A DNA stretch of 64,000 nt from Pelagomonas calceolata (GCA_918797485.1 CAKKNE010000006.1:2666001-2730000), one strand, 5' to 3'; positions 34,674 to 45,794 are shown, counted from the first letter of the stretch. Numbers and translations: made by a program. The notes: generated from the letters alone by a model not told the origin.

Positions 34674-36152
34674 TCATACGCGGGCACCGCGCAAGCGGCG
34701 GGACGGCTCGGCGCGCTTGACGAGGAACAGGCCCTCCTCGATGCTAGAGACGGCAAGCAGCCCCGACTTGAAATACGGATAGACCGACCAGGCGCCCGCG
34801 AAGTCGCTGCTGTCGTCGTCCGGATACGTGTCGAAGCGGCCCACTTCCTTAAAGTCGGCCGTGGCGTAGTCCTTGACGCGGAGTATTTGGAGGCCGGCGC
34901 GGTAGTTCGCTTCGTAGATGTAGTCGTCCTTTTTGTGCTTGGCGACGTAGAGGTTGTGGTCCGTGGCCGTCGTGCTGCCCATAAATTCAACAATTTGTCC
35001 GGGGTTCTCGAGGTCTTCGACGTTCATCACGAGCGTCCGGGTCTTGTCGACCCTGCCGTATTGTTCATCAAATTCGTCGCCGAAGACTAGGTACTTCTGG
35101 TCGGACGACAGCCATCCTTGGTGTGTGAAAGACACGGCATCGTAGTCCAACCTCTTGAGTATGACGATATCGGATTTGTCAGATACATCTAGGATGGCGA
35201 CATGATCTTGGTTGAGGCAAAAGCAGATCTCGGCGCCTCGGTACCGCTTGTCCGGTCCCTCGTAGATCACACACTGCGCGTCGTGCACGGTCGAAGCGCC
35301 CGAGAAACAGGCCGCGAACTTCGGCTTCCGCGGGTTCGAGACGTCGACGGCATGGAGGCCCCCGACGCAGCCGTTGTTCGCCCCGAGGATGTATACGAAG
35401 TTGCTATCTTCGTTGACGGCGAGATTATGCGTCATTCCCACCGGGTACTCGTCCGTGCCGAAATAAGTCTCATCGGGGGTGAGTTCCTGCATGCCGTCTT
35501 TTTTAGGGTCGATGGTCAGCAGGCGCTTCAGATCAAAGATCTGCATACCGTGGTCCGGCGCGGCGTCGGCGACCATGTATGCATAGTCTCCTAACACCTT
35601 GACGTCATGCCAGATGCTGGACCTGTCGTCCGTCGAGGGCACGAATGCTAGGACCACAGGCGTAGAATCAGTGACCTCGACGAAGAAGTGGCCCTCCGAG
35701 ACGCCCCAGATGACGAACTCGCGCTTTTTGTGGGTCCAGCCCCAGAGGTCGTTCGCCGCCGCCGGGGCCTCGCCAGTGTTGGTCGTGAACGCGCTGAGCG
35801 GGAGATGGGCGACGAGATCGACATTCTCGCACGGGAATCCCGCGGCGGTGCCGCCCGAGCACCGTGCGGGTCCTTGGGCGGAGGTCGACATCGCGGCGAC
35901 ATTGTTCTCGCGCTGTACTGACGAATGCGCGAGGCCGTAGAGCATGCCGCACTTGCAGCCACTCGTGCCGTGCGCCCGAGCATAGGCCTCGGCGGTCAAC
36001 GACGTGGAGGTGGCATTTGGAAACGGGCCCCAGCCCGCCGCCTCGCAGCTCTCGTCGGTGTACTCTGTCTTCATTAGCTCGTAGAGTTTCGCCTCCTCGG
36101 CACCGGCGACGTGCGCGAGCACGCTTAGTAAGGCGAAAGCAAGATGAGGCAT
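34674..36152 (-). CDS. Secreted choice-of-anchor-B / LVIVD-repeat family protein
   Basis: NDLWGW, WHDVKV, HGMQIFDL, HDAQC, THQGW, DHNLY, YRAGL and GAWSVYPY; signal peptide. Confidence 0.8.
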   Translation of the reverse strand: MPHLAFALLSVLAHVAGAEEAKLYELMKTEYTDESCEAAGWGPFPNATSTSLTAEAYARAHGTSGCKCGMLYGLAHSSVQRENNVAAMSTSAQGPARCSGGTAAGFPCENVDLVAHLPLSAFTTNTGEAPAAANDLWGWTHKKREFVIWGVSEGHFFVEVTDSTPVVLAFVPSTDDRSSIWHDVKVLGDYAYMVADAAPDHGMQIFDLKRLLTIDPKKDGMQELTPDETYFGTDEYPVGMTHNLAVNEDSNFVYILGANNGCVGGLHAVDVSNPRKPKFAACFSGASTVHDAQCVIYEGPDKRYRGAEICFCLNQDHVAILDVSDKSDIVILKRLDYDAVSFTHQGWLSSDQKYLVFGDEFDEQYGRVDKTRTLVMNVEDLENPGQIVEFMGSTTATDHNLYVAKHKKDDYIYEANYRAGLQILRVKDYATADFKEVGRFDTYPDDDSSDFAGAWSVYPYFKSGLLAVSSIEEGLFLVKRAEPSRRLRGARV

Positions 36153-36366
36153 GATGATGACAATGATAGCAAACGTGCGCGACTTATTCAGGACAATGGT
36201 CGCTTAAAGGACTCGAGGTTGAATCTCTGTGGCGGTACGAACAGTCCAAATACGACGAATGAGGTTGCAGAGGCAAGTGGGCCTACGTAGGCCTGCCTAT
36301 TTTCAGCTGCCAAAGAGCCTGCCGGGCGCACATCGGGTTCTCAAGCAGCCTAGACAAAATACCATA

Positions 36367-39082
36367 TTACTCCTCCTCAGGCAGAGGACAAAACTCGGGA
36401 GTCGACGCTATAGCAGAAGCCAATCCCGAGGAAACGACCGGCGGCGCCCGCGCCGCGTACGTCACCAACCCAGCCGCAGCAACAGCTTCGCCGAGCGACC
36501 GGTCCAGGCCCGCGCGACACAACTCAATGAGTGTTTCGCAGGCGCGCCGCGAGACCACGTACGCCGACAGCGAAGGGACGGACGCGCGGACGACGCGGCC
36601 TTCGCCCTTCTCATCCACCCTATACCGCTCCGGAACGCACAGGTAGAGCAGATCATATTCTTCCGGAACCTCGCTCAGCAGCAGCGCCACGGCGTCGGCG
36701 AGGTCGGGAGGCGCCTCGACGCCGTCTTCTAGAACTAACAGATGATCTGTGGTACAGAGGCGCCACGCCTGACAGTGCGACGCCGCGCGCGCGACCTCGC
36801 CGCGCCGCGGCTTCAACAAGGCGAGACCCTCTTTCGAAGCGCGCGCGGCCCACGCGTCATAATCGATAGCGACGTCGGGGTGCTCGCGCAAATGCCTCTC
36901 CAAATCACCTTCGACCAGACCATCGACCGCCGGCTGCACAACAAGTCTAGGAAGAATAGCCGACAGCTGCTGGACGTTCGCCACGCGTCTTGATTCTCTG
37001 CGTAACGACAGGACGACGCCGCCGACGACGCCGTCCGCGCGTTTTACTGTTACTTTTTCTTTACCGGCCTTCAGGCTTCGCGCCAGCTCCTTGAGTGGGG
37101 CGACCTCACTGCCGGCGAGCCTTCCTTCCAGCACATCTAGGAGCTCCCCCTGAGACACGGCAGAAACACAACCAATTGTAGTTGGCGCCCTACACTCGCG
37201 CCCGGCCTTGACGCGCGCCCAGAAGCCGCCGCCCAGTTCCGCCGTCCGCTGCGCGACGAGGGCGTCCTCCTCCGCACGACTCTTCAGCACCACAATGGCC
37301 GACTCCGACGGCGGCAGCAGTTTGAGCGTCGCCGACGTTTCTAGTAATTTCGGCCCCGACTCCTCAAAAATCTCCCTAAGCCAGTCCCGCTTCTTGTACA
37401 AAGTGCGCCAGACCCTCAAGAGAGTTTTTTGCCTCCTCTCTAGAATAGCGACACGTTCCTCGCGCTTCATGAGCGGCGGCGCCCCGACGCCTCTAAATGA
37501 GTCCACATCCACACCTGACTTGCGCGCCCGCAGCACAACGTCCAGGTCGTCTCTTTCTAACTCGTCCACACATTCCGCTAACAATAAACCGGTCCTCAAC
37601 AAAAACACGGGCACCAGCAGCGCCGCCTCCTTGCGAGTAGGTGGCTGATCGCAATGCTTGAAATACGCCCGCAGCGCCACGGGGAACGCTTGCGTACCGG
37701 CATCTAATCCACGCTTCGAGAAGTCCCAGACAAACAGGTGGTACAGGTCCCACAGTCTACAATGTTCGCGGCCGCCCTCGCAATTATCGACGCGCACCCT
37801 CCTTGTTTTAACGTGCTGGCGGCATGAGGATGGCGTGAAGTTTGCATGGACCCACTGCGGTGCCAGGTCCCTCAAGATGAGCGGGACGTTGGTTTCGACC
37901 TGTGTGGAAATCAAAATTTTACGGCGCGTTCTCGTCGCGTCGACCTGCACGCCATCGACGCGACGCCTGCTCGATGGCGTGGCGATGCCGTTCCCTCACC
38001 GCTCGACGGAGCCAGCGCGGCCACGTCATCGCCGAGAAATGACTTAGTGAAGAATCGTCGGTGCACCCGACGCACTGGTTGGTTTCCACACAGGTTTCGA
38101 CGAGCTTCGCGTATTCCGCGCCGATATCAGACGCCGCGAGCTTGGCACAGGCAAAATCACAATCCTTCCGCAATTGTTCAGCGAAGGGCCGCGGCCGCAG
38201 CTCCATGGACGCGCACGCGATGGAATGGAGCGCGTACGTCCTCGCACAGCGATGCATTAAACCAAGGCACCGACCGACGACGGACGGGTCTCCCGAGGGC
38301 TTCCCGGCGAAGCGCGGCCGGCAGACCCACCGCCTCCCATACAACGCCGCGACGACCTTCGATTCCCGTCTGACGGGTACGAAGCCACCCACTAGTAAAT
38401 CTTCGGGCAGGAACCCCTGCAACCGATTCCAGGCACTAGCTGAGCTTTCCGCGTATCTGCCATCATCCCCACAATCTTTGATCGTATGTATGTCAATCTT
38501 TTTTGTGGCAATGTGTTCACAAGCGCCTTCAGACGTGCCTTCATCCCTCAAAACGCGCCGACACGCATCCACAACGGACGCTTCCCTAGGCACGGCGAAC
38601 AACTCGAGAACCCGCTGGGCCCGGTCTTGCACGTTCTTCTCGTGCCTTTCCCTTAGCTCTTCCCGCGTCGTCCGCGTCAATATGCGCGGCACATATTCTA
38701 TGAGCGCCGTATTCGTTTTTGGCGTTCCAAAAAACTCTGGAGACGACGAAAACCGCACCCAGAGCGTCCGCTCGTGACCCAGGTCTTCCGATAATAATGA
38801 ATCGAGGTCGAGCTGCGATCGCGACGCGTCGCCCCAGAGTGCAGCGTCGCGGCGCGCATGGGGTGCCGATGGCCTAGCGCGTTCATAGGCGTCGAAGAAC
38901 GTGTCCAACAAACTCCGCAAGGACTTCCGGCCGAGCCACCTCGACGGGAGCGTGCATCGTAAGGCGAAGCGGTGCTCTTTGTCCGTCTCCTCGAGGCGGA
39001 CGAAGACCTCGACGCCTTTTGGTTTTTTTGCCGTCGTGGCCATGTCTTTTGGGTCGCGCGGTTCGGGCGGCGCGGCGGTCAT
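36367..39082 (-). CDS. Multidomain hypothetical protein with a C-terminal GT25-like domain. Exons 39082-38102 and 37899-36367.
   Basis: Removing the introner joins EYAKL-VETNVPL. C-terminal ASH..AW..LVLEDG..DLLYL..AYVVS pattern. Confidence 0.7.
37900..38093. mobile_element. Introner MITE family A, copy 3, in opposite orientation (GT-AG intron 37900-38101)
   Basis: TIRs CTGTGTGGAAATCAA / TTGGTTTCCACACAG. Perfect TSD GTTTCGAC at 37892-37899 and 38094-38101. Confidence 0.93.
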
Positions 39083-39439
39083 GCGTCTTTTTTGTGATCA
39101 AGCCAGCACAAAACGCTGTAGAACTTTTTATTGCGGGCGCCTCACCCGCTCCTGCTTGGCGCACAGCAAGAACTGATGGCGGAGGCTGTCCTCGCTGCGC
39201 CGCACGACAAATAACTGCTGTGACGGCCAGCTAGACGCCTCAAAACATGTCCACTGCGGAGAGCAAAACCCGAATTGATTGAGTGCAGATGCTGCGATTC
39301 TGTGGGTCGAAGCGAGTCTTCGCAACCTTACGTACGACCACCGCAGCCGTGGCTGGGAAACAGCAAAACCCGCGCACGAGGCAAAAAAATTCAGACAGAG
39401 CCCAAAGAGCTGCCCATCTCACGCCATCGTGCAAAGGCG

Positions 39440-41659
39440 ATGGGCTCGAAGCGCCACCTGGCAGAACCCGGCCGAAGACGCCTAATTGTTAGACTGGTGC
39501 TGGGGCTGGCATTGATCTATGGCCTGAGGCAGCACCTCAGCCTGCGCACCGTCGCACACGAACGACTGGTCGCATTGCAGGCGATGAGTAGCACCACAAC
39601 ACCGCTGCAAACACCATCCACCAAGCATTTGTTCGAGCCGCGCGCCGCCCAGCCTCCCAAAGGACCATCAGCCGCGACGCGGCGCTTGATAGTCGCGGAG
39701 ACGGACACGCTCGTCGCACGTTCCATGAAAGTAGCGTGGCCGCCATCGCAAGTCTACGATGGTGTCCTGTGGCGCCGGGCGCCGCGTTTAGCCCAGCCGC
39801 CTGTTGGGGTAGGAGATCGCAAGGACCCGCGCGCGGCCGTGAGGCGCCTCGACGTCTCGCAGATCGCCTTCCGGGCGTCGCGGAGACGCGTGCGCGACGC
39901 CGAGTTCTTCGGCAACGACCGGACGGCGGCGGCTTTTGTGACGAAAAGATTGGCAGAGATCATCGACAGTGGTGGCGCGCGGAAGAGCTGTTTGCTAGGC
40001 GACGACCGGACGAGGCAAATACAAACGTTGCAGAAGGCGTCTTCCCAGAGAGGCAATTCAAGAATCGCCATAGGTGTGGTCTCGTACGATCACTTGAGGG
40101 ATTTTCCGGGGCTCGACAGCCTGAAGGCAATCTCATTATCAGCAGCAAGGGACGGGGGCTTCCCCGAGGGCTTATTTGCGTTCGCTTCCGTAGATGCGGC
40201 GACGCAAGCCGCGTTATGTGCGGTCGGATTGCCCTCGATAGCAACTTCTGATAAAGTCAACGACGAGGGACTGGCCATCATCACAAGAGCATTTAGGGAC
40301 GCGTCGTTACGATCCGCCGCGAGGAATGGACGGAGGTTACGATCCGCCGACTTGACGGACGCCGACGCCTTCGAAGCTTTGTTGGAAGGTTCTACCCTGG
40401 AGGAAGTTCCCGAGGCCGAGACGGACGACATAAGTGAAGTCAAAACGGTAGAAGTGGCGAAGCCGTCCCTGGTGACGGGAGCGCCGCTCGATGCAGACGC
40501 CAAGTCTCAACACAGCGCGCGGTTCCAGGCGTGCGCGGATTTAGCGTTCGCTGGCGTCGACTGCGTGGCATTTGATGCTTCGAGTGTCTACTTCGCACCG
40601 TCTATTGACGGCAATTCCGCCCGCGAGGCTTTGCAGGGGGCGGTCGCGAGGAAGCCACCTAGGAAGCCGGCAAACCCCGAGATCCTGCACGCCGTTTTTC
40701 AGGATGAAATCAGAAAACCTTGTTTACCCTTTGTCGTCTCAAAGGCCACAAACTCCACGGCCTGGGCCCTGCATCGGTTGGCCGGGTTGGCTCGCATCGC
40801 CCCCACGCGGGAGCATCTCCAAAGAGCCGTCGCCGCGACGCTAGGGCTTGGTTCTTCAGACAGGGGACGATTGGAGGGTGATGAAGTGGTGTGTGGCGCT
40901 AGGCCCCACTTCGGCGGCGTAAATGTTCAGTCGGAGAGACTCGCGGCCGTCGTACTAAATGAAGTACCATCTAAGGACGAGCCGGGCTCGCTGAAACGGA
41001 TGAGGATGGCCATGGGCCGGCGTTTATTGGCGTTGGAGCTTGGATTGATTACACCTACACAAGTGCCGGACGAGGGCTCGTTATCTGTCGACGCCGGGGC
41101 GGGGCGGGCTTCTACGGTTGTGGTTGATGCTCAATGTACTCTGAAGGCAGTTAGATTAATCATAGCACATGCAATCGCTGCATGCCTGGAGACGAACCGC
41201 CAACTGCAACTACCTTCTCTCGTAATAGGGGAAAGGCGCTTCTTCCTCTGGAGTTATCTCGATCTCAAGAGTGCGGAAGATCTAGGGTTGAAATGGCGGC
41301 CGACGCAATCACTGAACGGAGGAGGCAACGCCTCCGTAATCTCGGTAGATGAAAAAACATTGCGCCTCGCGACGGACGATGTGCGAGATCAGCCCGTCGT
41401 GGCGTTCGCGCTACCTCCGAAATCTACGGCGGGTCGCGCGGCGCTCGACCTCGTGCAGTTGCATCGGCCTCATACTCTACGCCTGCACTTGCCTTTCTTG
41501 TCGCAGCCGCGTCTAGTGAAGAAGCACGCAGACCAATTGGCGCGCGCGGTCCTCGCGGAATTAAGGTGGTGCCCGGCGCATCTGCGGGCCGAGCACGACG
41601 CGCGCGTGGCGACGGCCGCGGCGTCGTGCTGGGGGCGGGGCGTGGCCGTTTCGGCCTGA
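39440..41659 (+). CDS. Hypothetical type II membrane protein, possibly glycosyltransferase-like
   Basis: Long ORF with a basic N-terminus and a single TM segment. Confidence 0.6.
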   Translation: MGSKRHLAEPGRRRLIVRLVLGLALIYGLRQHLSLRTVAHERLVALQAMSSTTTPLQTPSTKHLFEPRAAQPPKGPSAATRRLIVAETDTLVARSMKVAWPPSQVYDGVLWRRAPRLAQPPVGVGDRKDPRAAVRRLDVSQIAFRASRRRVRDAEFFGNDRTAAAFVTKRLAEIIDSGGARKSCLLGDDRTRQIQTLQKASSQRGNSRIAIGVVSYDHLRDFPGLDSLKAISLSAARDGGFPEGLFAFASVDAATQAALCAVGLPSIATSDKVNDEGLAIITRAFRDASLRSAARNGRRLRSADLTDADAFEALLEGSTLEEVPEAETDDISEVKTVEVAKPSLVTGAPLDADAKSQHSARFQACADLAFAGVDCVAFDASSVYFAPSIDGNSAREALQGAVARKPPRKPANPEILHAVFQDEIRKPCLPFVVSKATNSTAWALHRLAGLARIAPTREHLQRAVAATLGLGSSDRGRLEGDEVVCGARPHFGGVNVQSERLAAVVLNEVPSKDEPGSLKRMRMAMGRRLLALELGLITPTQVPDEGSLSVDAGAGRASTVVVDAQCTLKAVRLIIAHAIAACLETNRQLQLPSLVIGERRFFLWSYLDLKSAEDLGLKWRPTQSLNGGGNASVISVDEKTLRLATDDVRDQPVVAFALPPKSTAGRAALDLVQLHRPHTLRLHLPFLSQPRLVKKHADQLARAVLAELRWCPAHLRAEHDARVATAAASCWGRGVAVSA

Positions 41660-41798
41660 TCCGATCTCCCGTCCGCCGCCGCGGCGTCGCCGCGGGTAGT
41701 TTAAATGTATGTTATGATCAGGTAACGGGGCGGTTCCAGCGCGCCCGCGCCGCCGCGGCCCGCGCCGCCGCGCCCGTGTTCGCGGTGCAGACCTCGCC

Positions 41799-42173
41799 GT
41801 GGAGCTCCGTGAGCATGAACATGGAGACACCGTCCGAGCGGTCAACAATTACGCGCATTCCCTTCTTAAGCTACGGCGCTTCGAAGAAGCCAAGGCACTG
41901 TTGCGCAAAACGATGCCCGTGGCGCGACGCGTTCTCGGCGAGAATAACGAGACCACGCTCAGGATGAGGACGATTTACGCGGCGGCGCTCCACAGGGACG
42001 ACGCTGCTACGCTCGACGATCTCCGCGAGGCCGTGACGACGCTCGAGGACACCGAACGGACAGCGCGGCGCGTGCTCGGCGGCGCTCATCCGGACACAGG
42101 GTGGATTGAGAGGGCCCTACAAAACGCCCGAGCCATGCTCCGCGCCCGTGAGACGCCGCCGGGGAGCGCATAA
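41799..42173 (+). pseudogene. TPR-like C-terminal gene fragment
   Basis: NYAHSLLKLRRFEEAKALLRKTMPVARRVLG...ARRVLGGAHP. No in-frame upstream ATG. Confidence 0.5.
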
Positions 42174-42186
42174 ATAACTACTAAAA

Positions 42187-42849
42187 TTATTTTCTGGGCC
42201 ATAAGCCGGCGCCGCCACAGACTTCCCCGTAAAACTCCGTCAGCAACTCAGCATAACTCTGCGGCCGGTACTGCCGGTTGACGAGCTGGTCGGTCCTGGG
42301 AAACCCATACAACGACGCGATATCGAAGTCGATCAGGGTCAACCGTTTGGTCTCCGCGTCGATGAGCGTGTTCTTCGCGGCGGAAAGCATCACGCGCGAA
42401 TCGAGGTGCTCGACGCGCGCCTCGGCCATGACGGCTGACGCGCAATGAGCGAACCGCCGAACCGCGCCGATCGACAGCTGGCAGAGTTGCCGATTGTGGT
42501 GCTGACCGTCCGTGAGCGGCTCGCCGTCCCAGGACTGCACGAAGGCCCGCTTGGGGTCGTTCCGTTCCAGGAGACGCGGGAAGTAGCGGTCGCGGCACTT
42601 GCGCGTCGTGTAGCTGCTCGCGTTCCGCTTTTCGTTGAGCACCTTCAGGATCGACACCTCGAGTGCGAAAGCTTTCGTCGGCCCGAGCCCCGAGAACTGA
42701 TTCTTTTTGCACGCTTCGGGACTCCGCGCCGTGATCGCGAAGGATTTGCTCACGGTTTTGGCGCCGTCCTCATCGGTCGCGTAACTGATCCGTATGCATG
42801 AGTTCGCGCGCGCCGCCTGTAGGACCGCGAGCAGGGTCAATGCCCACAT
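42187..42849 (-). CDS. Secreted kinase-like protein
   Basis: Signal peptide, EVSILK, HLD...KNTLI and LIDFD. Confidence 0.6.
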   Translation of the reverse strand: MWALTLLAVLQAARANSCIRISYATDEDGAKTVSKSFAITARSPEACKKNQFSGLGPTKAFALEVSILKVLNEKRNASSYTTRKCRDRYFPRLLERNDPKRAFVQSWDGEPLTDGQHHNRQLCQLSIGAVRRFAHCASAVMAEARVEHLDSRVMLSAAKNTLIDAETKRLTLIDFDIASLYGFPRTDQLVNRQYRPQSYAELLTEFYGEVCGGAGLWPRK

Positions 42850-42979
42850 CTACTCTCAGGGCTAATTCCAAACGACCTCGCCGCGGCTCACGTGACGGCG
42901 CGTGCGATTGAGGGTCACGGCGGACTGATTCGTGATGTCTGCACGCGCAACGCGCGCACGGGAAAGCAAAGACGAGCCT

Positions 42980-43007
42980 GCTTGCTAGTGTCTTACCGAC
43001 CTCTAGC
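42980..43007 (+). promoter_or_regulatory. CTAG-TGTCTTAC-CTAG motif copy, in a divergent intergenic region
   Basis: gcttgctagtgtcttaccgacctctagc. Confidence 0.55.
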
Positions 43008-43174
43008 CCGAAACAATACAGAGACACGCAAGCGGCCCTGCCTGCACCTGCGAGCCTCAGACGCTGCCAGGCGACTGGCAGGAGACTCCTAGTACGCCAT
43101 CGACGCGCTGCTGCAACCGACGAGCCCGCGAGAAAGCGCTCCTGCAGCCAGCACAAAGCATCTCACAAAAAGCG

Positions 43175-44635
43175 ATGAGAGAGCACCTCTCCCACAATGT
43201 GGTGCTAAACTTAATCATCGCTGCCTGCTGTGGCTTAGCAGACAGCATCTGGACGGGGACCATAGGAGTCGCCTTTATCAGCGATGTGTGGCATACGAAC
43301 AAGCGCGTGGGCATCGCGACGGCGCTGACGGGACTGGCAGCGCTCGCGTCGGCCTTACCGGCCGGCTGGGCCGCCGATAGGTATGGAAGAGCGAAGGTCT
43401 GTCGCGTGGGCTCGCTGGCCATCCTCGTCGCGGCGCCGGCCTACGCCTACGCGACGCTCCGCGCCACCGAAGGTAGAGACAAAGAGCTCAGTTATATCCT
43501 TATCTGCATAGCTTCTGCGTTTTTCGGCCTGTCGAGCGGCATCATCAACGGGCCGGCGCAGGCGCTCCTGGCGGACTCCGTGTCCACTGGCGCGCGGTCC
43601 AAGGTCTACACGTGGCTGTTTGCGTGCTACATCGTCCCGTCCGTCCTGGGTCCGGCGATTAGTGTTGGGTATTTCGAGGCGCACGGCGACGAGTGGCGCC
43701 TACCCTTACTTAGGGATTTAACGCTACTCGGCATGGCGCTGGAAGTGCCCGTCGCGGTCCTGTGCTGCTGCTTCCGCGACGACAAGGCGCTCGGGTCGTC
43801 TTCTGATGCCATCCAGGACCAGGAGCGCGCCGCGGCGTCGGCGAGCGCTCCGGGCGACGACGGCGACGGCGACGCGGGCCGACCCAAGGCTTCGGACGCC
43901 GAGGACGCCCAGAACGACGCCGAGGCACCGCCGGACGATCAATGCGACGAGCGCGACGACGCCGTGGACCCGCGCATCAAAATGATCCCCTACGTCGTCT
44001 TCTGCACGGACCTGGTCGTGGCCCTGGGCAGCGGCTGTACGATCAAATTCTTTCCGTTGTGGTTCAAGGACGACCTAAACATGTCGCCCGCTGCCGTCCA
44101 GGGTATTTATTGTGGTGTCCCGTTGTCGATGGCGCTGGCCTCGGGCTTCTGCACGGCGCTGAGCCGGCGCGTCGGCCGCGTCGAGGCCGTGCTGTCCGTG
44201 AGGAGTACTGCATTGGTCTGCTTCGTTGGAATGTTGGTCTGCTTCTATCGAGTTAAGAATGAGTGGCGCCTGAGAGGCGTCGTGGCGCTGTACATCCTGC
44301 GGACGGCGCTCATGAACTGCACCTACCCCGTCGAGGAGTCGATTCTGATGGACTACGTCCCGAAGAACACGCGCGCGCGCTGGAAGTCGCTCGAGTCGGT
44401 GTCCCAGTTCGGCTGGTGCGGCTCCGCGCTGGCCGGTGGCTTATTAGCGGACCGGTACGGTTATGCGCGGACCTTCGCGATCACTATTTGTCTCCAAGCT
44501 TCTGGCGTGTTATGCTACTCGCGCCTGCTCGGCGTCGTCGCGCGCGAGAAGGCGCCTGAAGAGCCTTCCACGGAGGAGCCGCTCCGGGAGCCGCTCCTCA
44601 GCGAGGAGGAGAAGGCCGACGCAGAGGCCCCGTGA
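43175..44635 (+). CDS. MFS transporter
   Basis: Two MFS A-motifs (GWAADRYGR, GLLADRYG) and about 12 TM segments with a central loop. Confidence 0.88.
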   Translation: MREHLSHNVVLNLIIAACCGLADSIWTGTIGVAFISDVWHTNKRVGIATALTGLAALASALPAGWAADRYGRAKVCRVGSLAILVAAPAYAYATLRATEGRDKELSYILICIASAFFGLSSGIINGPAQALLADSVSTGARSKVYTWLFACYIVPSVLGPAISVGYFEAHGDEWRLPLLRDLTLLGMALEVPVAVLCCCFRDDKALGSSSDAIQDQERAAASASAPGDDGDGDAGRPKASDAEDAQNDAEAPPDDQCDERDDAVDPRIKMIPYVVFCTDLVVALGSGCTIKFFPLWFKDDLNMSPAAVQGIYCGVPLSMALASGFCTALSRRVGRVEAVLSVRSTALVCFVGMLVCFYRVKNEWRLRGVVALYILRTALMNCTYPVEESILMDYVPKNTRARWKSLESVSQFGWCGSALAGGLLADRYGYARTFAITICLQASGVLCYSRLLGVVAREKAPEEPSTEEPLREPLLSEEEKADAEAP

Positions 44636-44693
44636 ACGCGAACCGCGGCCCGCGACGCCGTCGCCGCGACAATAACTAGTGTGTGATTTTTAA

Positions 44694-45539
44694 TTAAGCA
44701 GGAGCCTTAAACCCCGGCGGCGCCTCCCACGTACTTTGCCCGGTCATCGCGTTGTAGTAGTAGAGCCGCCCCTCGGGGTCCCGCGCGCACGCCCACTGCG
44801 CGTCCGCGAATTTGTAGGGGTCGACCATCTGCTCGGCGACGACTTCCCTCCCGACCGGCTGCCTTGCTAGTGCCGCGCGTGAGGGATCCAAGGGCGACGA
44901 CAGATTCGCCAGCATCCTAGCTTGGTGCGGCGCTAAAGTTGCCGCGGCCTTCGCCCGGCAGGCCTCCTCGAGGTCCCACGTCCCACTCTGTAAACCGCTC
45001 TCGAGAAAACTCAAAACCATTTCCCGCGCCACTTGCAACGTCATCGGGTCTTCCGACGCGATCTCGACGAAGCACGGATCGACATCTTGCTGCACCCGGC
45101 ACTGGGCCCCACTCCGCTCGATGACGGACTTGATGCGCTCGCCGTTCCGCCCGATGACTCGTCCCAATGCGGATCGAGGAATTATGATCTGCTGCGGGCT
45201 CTTCGCGAGTTCCAGCGACGACTCGACCAATGCAGCAGCACTCTCGACGGCGTCGCGCGTCGCGCCCTCGATGAGAACGCGAGCACCAGATCTGATGCGC
45301 CGCCGCCCGGGGTCCTGCGCGCACCGCACGCGCGCGCCCGTGGACGCTTCGATCTCCCGCAGCCGCTGGCCGTTGTGGCCCACCACCAGCGCCAACGCGC
45401 CGGGCGCGCAGTCGAACTGGCGCTTGAAGTCGCTCGCCGCGTTCTTCTGGCGCTCCAATTGCTGCGCGGCCGCGCCCGCCGCCTGGAGCTCGGCGACGAG
45501 GGACTTCATGTCCTCGGGCGTCGTCGTGAAGTCGGCCAT
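44694..45539 (-). CDS. RNA-binding protein with two KH domains and a WW domain
   Basis: VVGHNG and VIGRNG KH loops; W...YYYN..TGQSTWEAP WW motif. Confidence 0.88.
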   Translation of the reverse strand: MADFTTTPEDMKSLVAELQAAGAAAQQLERQKNAASDFKRQFDCAPGALALVVGHNGQRLREIEASTGARVRCAQDPGRRRIRSGARVLIEGATRDAVESAAALVESSLELAKSPQQIIIPRSALGRVIGRNGERIKSVIERSGAQCRVQQDVDPCFVEIASEDPMTLQVAREMVLSFLESGLQSGTWDLEEACRAKAAATLAPHQARMLANLSSPLDPSRAALARQPVGREVVAEQMVDPYKFADAQWACARDPEGRLYYYNAMTGQSTWEAPPGFKAPA

Positions 45540-45770
45540 TGTTTTGCGAGCGTGGCGGTTGTTTTGCGGGCGTGTCCGTGCCCGCGGCGCAGTCGTTCTC
45601 GCTGCGCAGCCAAAATCACAATAATGTGGCGGGGAGCCAATGGGCTGTCCGCGGGGCGCAGATCTCCGCGGCGCTTGTGGTGTCGCGAGGGGTGCCAGGG
45701 TCTGCGCGCAGCAGCACTTATCGATGCGTAGTCGCCCGCGCGGGACGAAAAAGCTGGGCGTCGGCTATTT

Positions 45771-45794
45771 CTAGTGTCTTACATGCCGCTAGCT
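45771..45794 (+). promoter_or_regulatory. CTAG-TGTCTTAC-CTAG motif copy, in a divergent intergenic region
   Basis: ctagtgtcttacatgccgctagct. Confidence 0.55.
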
